Source: a virus. From it: DNA of 17,527 nt. The stretch lies in IMG/VR virus record IMGVR_UViG_3300045988_104385, one strand, 5' to 3'. This document shows, piece after piece, positions 12,668 to 17,527 of this stretch. The notes under the pieces were generated by a model. That model made no database searches. It was not told the DNA's origin and saw only the letters and a program-made list of their open reading frames with translations. Position 1 is the stretch's first letter, and every line of letters starts with the position of its first letter. Made by a program: the position numbers and the translations under genes.

Positions 12668-14827
12668 CTATTCCGGTAACACTCCGTCTTGAGAGTTTAC
12701 CAATACTTCATAGTATTCATTCGATACACCTAAGGTATAAGTGGTATCAAGGATTCCAATATTACTTGCAGTTAAAATTTCTTCCCCGTTGACGTTGATG
12801 TAATGGGGTTTGGTGTTATGAAAGCAACTGATCGTTCGTCCGACATTTTCCATTCTGCGGCAGAGACGGAAATTATTACAGCACTTTATATTTTCCGCGC
12901 CTAATTTTTTGTTCATGCCAGCGACCGTAGACGTAAAACGCACGGGGTCTTTGCCGGATTCGGCAGCTTTTTTGTCCCATTCCACGCCGCAGTATTTTTT
13001 CGCGCCTAACGTCTTAAACTGGACATACAGATCATCCATATCCCATACGCCGAGAATGTAGCGTTTCTCCCCAACGTCACAAAATGCTGGAATATCATTA
13101 GCAATCGCACGTTTTTCCAGTATTTTGTTTTTGGCTTCAAATTCTGGAATGTGTACGTCCGGATGTAAAAACTTGATACTATCGGTATCGCAGTACACGG
13201 CATCCATTCCAACAACATCCAGCATATCTTGTAACTGTTTTCTAGCATGGGCGGTAACATAGATACCCCACTGGTAGTGCAAAAAACTGTTTTTTCCCTC
13301 ATAGTACGTTTTCAGTGCTTTTTCCGCATCTGCTTTTTCCCGATGCCATTCTCCCGTAAAAGCATCCATTGCCCATTCGTCATGTAAAAGATCTGTCACG
13401 CACATACCGAATGTGCTGTTCAATTTATTCTTAGATTTCATATACTCATAGACTTTATCGGGATTTCCTTTTAACTGGCTTTTTGCGATAAAAAATGACA
13501 TCATCGTTTTACGCATACTTTCCGGTAATTTTCCGCGCGCGGCTACGTAGCACTCCGAGACGGTAAAGAAATCATAGTCGTATTGATTTTTTATGATCGA
13601 CAAGTCAATTTCCGTCATTGCTATTTCACAGCAATTAATAGAGAGTACGCGCCCATTATCAATCTCACAATCTTTCCCGTGCTTCTGACACTTTGACAGC
13701 GGGATATACGGGACGGGGATATTTTCTTTCATACGCAAGTTGTCAAATTGTACCCGCATAATAACACAGCGGGTAGCACACAAGTTGTCAAACTGTTCCT
13801 GCGATGTGACCGCAACCGCCCGAAACGCACTCATGGGATAATACTCCGTTGCAATCTGCGCCGGATAACTACTCGAAATATCCATACTTCCCATAACGAT
13901 CACAGATTCACCTTTTTTCGCTGTGATCGTGTGCCCCGCGTGAATGCGGTTGGCGTGGGTATTGCCGCCACGGAACGCGTCTTTGCAAAGCTGGTACTGC
14001 GGTAACGTCAAAGCCAGATCGGCAAATACTCCCGGATAATAACCGCTATCTGCCTGCATGGCACGGCGGAATTCTCGGCGGACGTAGCCAGTTGAGGTAA
14101 GGGGGATTTCTGCTAGATTATCCTCTTTTCGTAAGGCGCGGATGCATTCACACAAGCCGCGAACATCGTTATAGCAGTATCCTTGCTCTATTTCTGTTAG
14201 TGGTGTGGTTGGGGTACGTAGTTTTTTATAGTCATAAGTATCAACCAGTTTATAGTGGGTTACACCCTCACTGTTCTCGCAAAATTTCGAAAGGCTCATA
14301 TTGCTGAGAAAATACGAGCAACGAAATTCAATCCCATACTTGTAAGCGTAGCACTTCATAACTTTATGCGCGTCACGCGCAAAGATCTCATCAAATTCTA
14401 TAAAATCTTTCATGAATTGAAATTCGTAGGAAAGATTATGAACGTACACTACAGCACGCTTTGAATCGGAAGTCTGCAAATACAGATGCAGTTTTTCGCA
14501 GAATGAAAGAAACTCATTCCATGTGCGACCGAAACACACGGTATCTTTGATACAAAACTGCCATTGATACAGAAAGGCAGTTCCTTTCACCACTTTTTCG
14601 CCTGTTTTATGATAGCGTTCATAATCAAGTTTTTCTAACGTAGTTGTTTCGATGTCGAACGACATTTCCACGTCATAATAAACGATAGGATTTTTCTTTC
14701 TTCCGCTTTTGCGGCATTCGCGCAAAGTCTGGAAATCAGAAAATGGAAAATCATTAACGGAATAAATTGTTTCACGTGAAACATCTTCGTTTCCGTTTAC
14801 GATAACAGGGATATCCAATTGATACAT
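12668..14827 (-). CDS. Protein-primed family-B DNA polymerase
   Basis: 719 aa. Exo I is FDIETTT, Exo II is VHNLSYEFQF and Exo III is YCYNDVRGL. Motif A is DISSSYPAQI (phi29 DVNSLYPAQM), motif B is KSKNKLNSTFG (K..NS.YG), motif C is VYCDTDSIKF (phi29 IYCDTDSIH), and the KxY motif is GAKKYCG. Confidence 0.97.
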   Translation of the reverse strand: MYQLDIPVIVNGNEDVSRETIYSVNDFPFSDFQTLRECRKSGRKKNPIVYYDVEMSFDIETTTLEKLDYERYHKTGEKVVKGTAFLYQWQFCIKDTVCFGRTWNEFLSFCEKLHLYLQTSDSKRAVVYVHNLSYEFQFMKDFIEFDEIFARDAHKVMKCYAYKYGIEFRCSYFLSNMSLSKFCENSEGVTHYKLVDTYDYKKLRTPTTPLTEIEQGYCYNDVRGLCECIRALRKEDNLAEIPLTSTGYVRREFRRAMQADSGYYPGVFADLALTLPQYQLCKDAFRGGNTHANRIHAGHTITAKKGESVIVMGSMDISSSYPAQIATEYYPMSAFRAVAVTSQEQFDNLCATRCVIMRVQFDNLRMKENIPVPYIPLSKCQKHGKDCEIDNGRVLSINCCEIAMTEIDLSIIKNQYDYDFFTVSECYVAARGKLPESMRKTMMSFFIAKSQLKGNPDKVYEYMKSKNKLNSTFGMCVTDLLHDEWAMDAFTGEWHREKADAEKALKTYYEGKNSFLHYQWGIYVTAHARKQLQDMLDVVGMDAVYCDTDSIKFLHPDVHIPEFEAKNKILEKRAIANDIPAFCDVGEKRYILGVWDMDDLYVQFKTLGAKKYCGVEWDKKAAESGKDPVRFTSTVAGMNKKLGAENIKCCNNFRLCRRMENVGRTISCFHNTKPHYINVNGEEILTASNIGILDTTYTLGVSNEYYEVLVNSQDGVLPE
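14768..14783. promoter_or_regulatory. Second copy of the 16-bp palindrome TGTTTCACGTGAAACA, inside the polymerase 5' coding region
   Basis: Read directly; it encodes residues VSRET of the polymerase. The exact shared 19-mer ATTGTTTCACGTGAAACAT spans 14766-14784 and 11374-11392. Confidence 0.5.
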
Positions 14828-14837
14828 TGATATTACC

Positions 14838-15416
14838 TCACTTTAATTTAGTTCTATTCTTATTAAAAAGTTCTTCCTCCGTAATATATCCATCAAGAAA
14901 TTCCTCATACTCTTCCAGAATATCTTCGAATTCAATTCCGCTATCATGTAATTTCAAAATAAAATCATCAATAAGCTGATCGGATGCCACCTGCTTTCTC
15001 AGATTCTTTTTGTATATATTAGAGGTAAGAAAACGATACAGGTCTTTGTAGTTATCTTCTGTTACTTCTACATCAATTTTATTCTTTGACTTGTCAAAGC
15101 GTCTCTGTAATTCTGCGATTCGATATCCCTCAAGCGTTGTTTCGGGTGAATTCAGAAAAGCGATCATGGTATCCCATTCTTGCCGAATGGATGCATCCGG
15201 CCGCTTTACGCCTTTCAAAAAGCGATCTTTTGATCGCCCTTGTGACGCAAAAAACTCTTTTACGCGCCCGTACTCCCACTGGTCGCGCGCGTGAATTTTT
15301 TCCAGTTTGGCAAGGCGGCTATTCGCCGCCTGCGCAACACGTGGAAGTTCGCGTTTGATCTGGTCAAGGGATAAGTCAAGTTCTTGATAGATGCTGTAGT
15401 CTTTTGAGTTCGGCAT
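14838..15416 (-). CDS. Putative terminal (priming) protein
   Basis: 192 aa, 10 nt upstream of the polymerase gene on the same strand (the phi29 gene 3/gene 2 arrangement). The N-terminal half is basic and the C-terminal region strongly acidic (DDFILKLHDSGIEFEDILEEYEEFLDGYITEEELF). I could not confirm sequence homology by eye. Confidence 0.45.
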   Translation of the reverse strand: MPNSKDYSIYQELDLSLDQIKRELPRVAQAANSRLAKLEKIHARDQWEYGRVKEFFASQGRSKDRFLKGVKRPDASIRQEWDTMIAFLNSPETTLEGYRIAELQRRFDKSKNKIDVEVTEDNYKDLYRFLTSNIYKKNLRKQVASDQLIDDFILKLHDSGIEFEDILEEYEEFLDGYITEEELFNKNRTKLK

Positions 15417-15419
15417 TAT

Positions 15420-15623
15420 TCACACCCCCATTATAAAGATTCGCAATTTATCAGAAATAATCTCGAAACCTATTACTTCTTCTGACAAATAATTTTCTTT
15501 TTTTGTAGTATATACTTTTTTACAATCAATATCAAAATTTCTAACTAATACGCGATGCTTTTCATTAAACACCGTAACAATGGCGTAAATTTCGACTTCT
15601 ACGCGAACACGGCCGTAATACAA
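15420..15623 (-). CDS. Hypothetical early protein (67 aa from a TTG start); the start is uncertain
   Basis: The track ORF begins at TTG 15623 with no SD. A perfect SD (AAGGAGG) plus GTG at 15648 lies 25 nt upstream in another frame; see findings. Confidence 0.4.
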   Translation of the reverse strand: MYYGRVRVEVEIYAIVTVFNEKHRVLVRNFDIDCKKVYTTKKENYLSEEVIGFEIISDKLRIFIMGV

Positions 15624-15660
15624 TTTTTATAAAATCTTCTACTCTCACTGTGATACCTCC

Positions 15661-16011
15661 TTAATAGAAGCAATCTTCATTTTCTCCATCTGACGTATAC
15701 AGAGGGCACAACGTGCAGTTATCATTTGCAGAACAGATAACGCTATGCGGAACTTCTACATAATACGCTTTCAACGCGTAACGTGTAGAAATATTGTTAT
15801 GCAAGTTTACAGTAAATCCCACACCAAAATTACCTTTGTACGGAACTAGTACACATAATGCATCCTTCTTAACATAGCCATTAGTAAGAGACGCATGGTC
15901 ATACACGTAAATATGGATATTCCCAGCAGTATCTTCCTGTTTTACATATAAGGGGATCTCATCAAGTTTCGCTGGTAAGGTATACAGTTTCTCTAAATCT
16001 ACTACTTTCAT
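15661..16011 (-). CDS. Hypothetical early protein (116 aa) with a Cys-rich C-terminus
   Basis: SD AAAGGA lies 6 nt upstream of the ATG. The C-terminus CSANDNCTLCPLYTSDGENEDC contains four Cys residues. I recognise no family. Confidence 0.55.
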   Translation of the reverse strand: MKVVDLEKLYTLPAKLDEIPLYVKQEDTAGNIHIYVYDHASLTNGYVKKDALCVLVPYKGNFGVGFTVNLHNNISTRYALKAYYVEVPHSVICSANDNCTLCPLYTSDGENEDCFY

Positions 16012-16058
16012 GGTAGTTCCTTTCTCCCCGTAGTACCGATAGGTCAGTGTGTTATTTA

Positions 16059-16250
16059 TTATATAAGGTCAAAAGTTTCCTTGTCGAATCTAACATATCC
16101 ATCCTCATATGCCAATTCATAATATTCTTTGCACTCGCGGCAAGAATACGTCTTAGTATACGGGCCTTTAAAAACTACATATTTTTCGCCACTACCATCA
16201 TCTGAATCCAAACATAATACGTCCCCCGTTACACTGAATCCCGGATTCAT
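16059..16250 (-). CDS. Hypothetical early protein (63 aa); the start is uncertain
   Basis: ORF with one CxxC (CRECK). The annotated ATG lacks an SD. An SD-equipped ATG lies 63 nt upstream in the same frame, separated by a single TGA; see findings. Confidence 0.5.
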   Translation of the reverse strand: MNPGFSVTGDVLCLDSDDGSGEKYVVFKGPYTKTYSCRECKEYYELAYEDGYVRFDKETFDLI

Positions 16251-16337
16251 CTTTTCAAAAAAATCTTTCTCATCCTTTGATCATTCGTTTTTTATAAGCA
16301 TAATTTTAATCATTGTGAGTTCCTCCATTTTTTAATG

Positions 16338-16616
16338 CTATCTATTGCAAGACATCTTGTAAGTAGCAAATATTTCCGGTCTAAGATCTGAGTAGTAATA
16401 AAAAGCATCTTCCGAAAAATATTCTCCATTTACTATTTCTATTCCATTTTCATAGATGGAAAAGAAAATTTCACTATTTTCTTTCATAGCTTGTGAACAG
16501 AAAGTTTTTACTAATCCATTTGCTGTTAATAATGACTCAACTTTATATCTGATAATCTCTTTTCCATATTTTGTTACTACAACTTCATAGCCACTTTGTC
16601 TCTTAATTTCTTTCAT
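16338..16616 (-). CDS. Hypothetical early protein (92 aa), the first gene of the early operon
   Basis: The track ORF starts at 16631, but ATG 16616 has SD GGAGGA 7 nt upstream, giving MKEIKRQ... I recognise no motifs. Confidence 0.55.
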   Translation of the reverse strand: MKEIKRQSGYEVVVTKYGKEIIRYKVESLLTANGLVKTFCSQAMKENSEIFFSIYENGIEIVNGEYFSEDAFYYYSDLRPEIFATYKMSCNR

Positions 16617-16669
16617 TTTTGTTTCCTCCATTTTCTATTTGTATGATTGGTTTCCTTGTTTCTGATATT

Positions 16670-16698
16670 ACAATACCACTTTCCTAGAAAAATATCAA
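16670..16698 (-). promoter_or_regulatory. Early promoter with extended -10, just inside the right ITR boundary
   Basis: Minus strand: AAAAAAGTA TTGATA (16698-16693), a 17-nt spacer ending in TGg, then TATTGT (16675-16670) followed by AATA. Its architecture is nearly the same as the promoter at 12501-12529. Confidence 0.6.
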
Positions 16699-16736
16699 TA
16701 CTTTTTTCTAGCATAAACTATTTAATATTACAAATA

Positions 16737-17084
16737 AACACGCAGCGCCGTGTCCGTCACCCGGATGGCGCTCGAAGCGCTACAGTCTCCGGCGGCCACT
16801 GGCATACAACCGCACGATCACAAGCGATAACTAAATTTACACATATAATATAACAGGCAGTCCGCGGAGCGGACGACACCGGAGGGCAGGCGCGGACGGA
16901 ACGGACGCGCCGTGTCCGTCACCCGGATGGCGCGCGAAGCGCTACAGTCTCCGGCGGCCACTGGCATACAACCGTACGATCACAAGCGATAACTAAATTT
17001 ACACATATAATATAACAGGCAGTCCGCGGAGCGGACGACACCGGAGGGCAGGCGCGGACGGAACGGACGCGCCGTGTCCGTCAC
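16737..17084. repeat. Mirror of the 162-bp tandem repeat in the right ITR (16923-17084, 16761-16922, plus 24 nt of a third copy)
   Basis: Reverse complement of 444-791. The array is cut off at the ITR boundary, after which a unique AT-rich promoter region follows. Confidence 0.9.
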
Positions 17085-17267
17085 TCGCGGACACTTTAGC
17101 AAACTAAAGTGAGTTACCGTTTCGGAAGTGTCCGCGTCCCGCGTACAAACGGTCGGTTTCGTCCACTTTTCGGGCAAAATGAGTAAGTATTTCAGAAGAA
17201 TTGTGCGTGATTCGGTCGGAAAACGTGAATAATTGTGGAATTGTATAGACAATTAGACGGGACTAAC

Positions 17268-17296
17268 ACTTTAGTCGGGTAAAGCGTTTTTGTCAA
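17268..17296 (-). promoter_or_regulatory. Mirror copy of the ITR promoter, reading inward toward the early genes
   Basis: Reverse complement of 232-260. On the minus strand it points toward the early gene block. Confidence 0.5.
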
Positions 17297-17377
17297 GTTG
17301 GAAAAATGCATAAAAATTTCGGGCATATGTGTTTGAAAAAGTATTGAAAAATGAACAAATGCAAACAAATACATTGC

Positions 17378-17412
17378 AAAAGCGGTGTCTTTCTCTCGCG
17401 GACACCGCTTTT
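17378..17412. terminator. Mirror copy of the ITR bidirectional terminator-like hairpin
   Basis: Reverse complement of 116-150, within the right ITR. Confidence 0.6.
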
Positions 17413-17481
17413 GTTGTGCAATGTGCTGTCCGCCGTACGCGGACAAAATTGGGAAAATGTCCGCGTGGGACGGACTATATA

Positions 17482-17527
17482 CTGTCTCTTATACACATCT
17501 CCGAGCCCACGAGACTACGCTGCATCT
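17482..17527. other. Illumina Nextera adapter remnant (mirror copy)
   Basis: CTGTCTCTTATACACATCTCCGAGCCCACGAGAC followed by TACGCTGCATCT is the reverse complement of positions 1-46. Confidence 0.95.

Larger units (their letters stand above)
16737..17481. repeat. Right inverted terminal repeat (745 bp)
   Basis: Exact reverse complement of 47-791, including the two substitutions that distinguish the internal 162-bp repeat copies. Confidence 0.9.

Noticed and set aside
2844-15422. Genome-wide TGA reassignment (code 4 or 25) as an explanation for the in-frame TGA at 16281-16283.
   Set aside because: Five well-supported genes end in TGA (stops at 2844, 7477, 8880, 14838 and 15420). In each case an SD and the next start codon follow or overlap immediately, and the C-termini are consistent with homologues. 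TGA therefore acts as a stop here.
1-17527. Tn5 mosaic ends in inverted orientation at both ends could suggest a Tn5-type transposon or composite mobile element.
   Set aside because: The mosaic ends are contiguous with the Nextera read-2 adapter and an index-position octamer, so they are a library-preparation artefact. The internal ITRs belong to a protein-primed linear phage genome with no transposase.

Overview
The window is a near-complete linear genome (positions 47-17481, about 17.4 kb) of a small phi29-like, protein-primed podovirus. It is bracketed by 46-nt Illumina Nextera adapter remnants, which are library artefacts. All credible genes lie on the minus strand, so the biological reading direction is right to left. 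In that order the genes are: four small AT-rich early ORFans (16631-15420); a putative terminal protein; a family-B protein-primed DNA polymerase; a 40-aa hydrophobic mini-ORF; a 78-aa ORF; a putative SSB; a strong terminator; a phi29 gp16-like packaging ATPase; a late promoter; a 96-aa ORF; a holin; an endolysin; a gp13-like tail lysin; a scaffold protein; the gp8-like capsid protein; the gp9-like tail knob; the gp10-like portal; the gp11-like lower collar; and a tail fibre with a C-terminal SGNH esterase. I saw no integrase, repressor, tRNA or CRISPR array. The most unusual content is non-coding. (1) The ends are 745-bp perfect inverted terminal repeats (47-791 and 16737-17481), far longer than in classical phi29-like phages. 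Each contains a (TA)3 terminus, paired palindromes, a bidirectional terminator hairpin, phased T-tracts, a promoter, and a very GC-rich 162-bp tandem repeat array. I flag that array as a candidate structured RNA (pRNA-like) or origin-binding array. (2) An exact 19-mer containing a perfect 16-bp palindrome (TGTTTCACGTGAAACA) occurs twice: once abutting the start codon of the packaging ATPase, which lacks a Shine-Dalgarno (SD) sequence, and once inside the 5' end of the polymerase gene. (3) 11-bp-phased direct repeats lie upstream of the ATPase. (4) A 29-bp tandem duplication carries TTGACA at the late promoter. (5) There are strong compositional mosaic breaks, with sampled lines at about 28%, 47% and 75% GC. 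(6) Two early genes have start-site anomalies: an in-frame TGA and a +1 frame offset across an A5 run. All functional calls come from motifs I recognise by eye; no database search was run.
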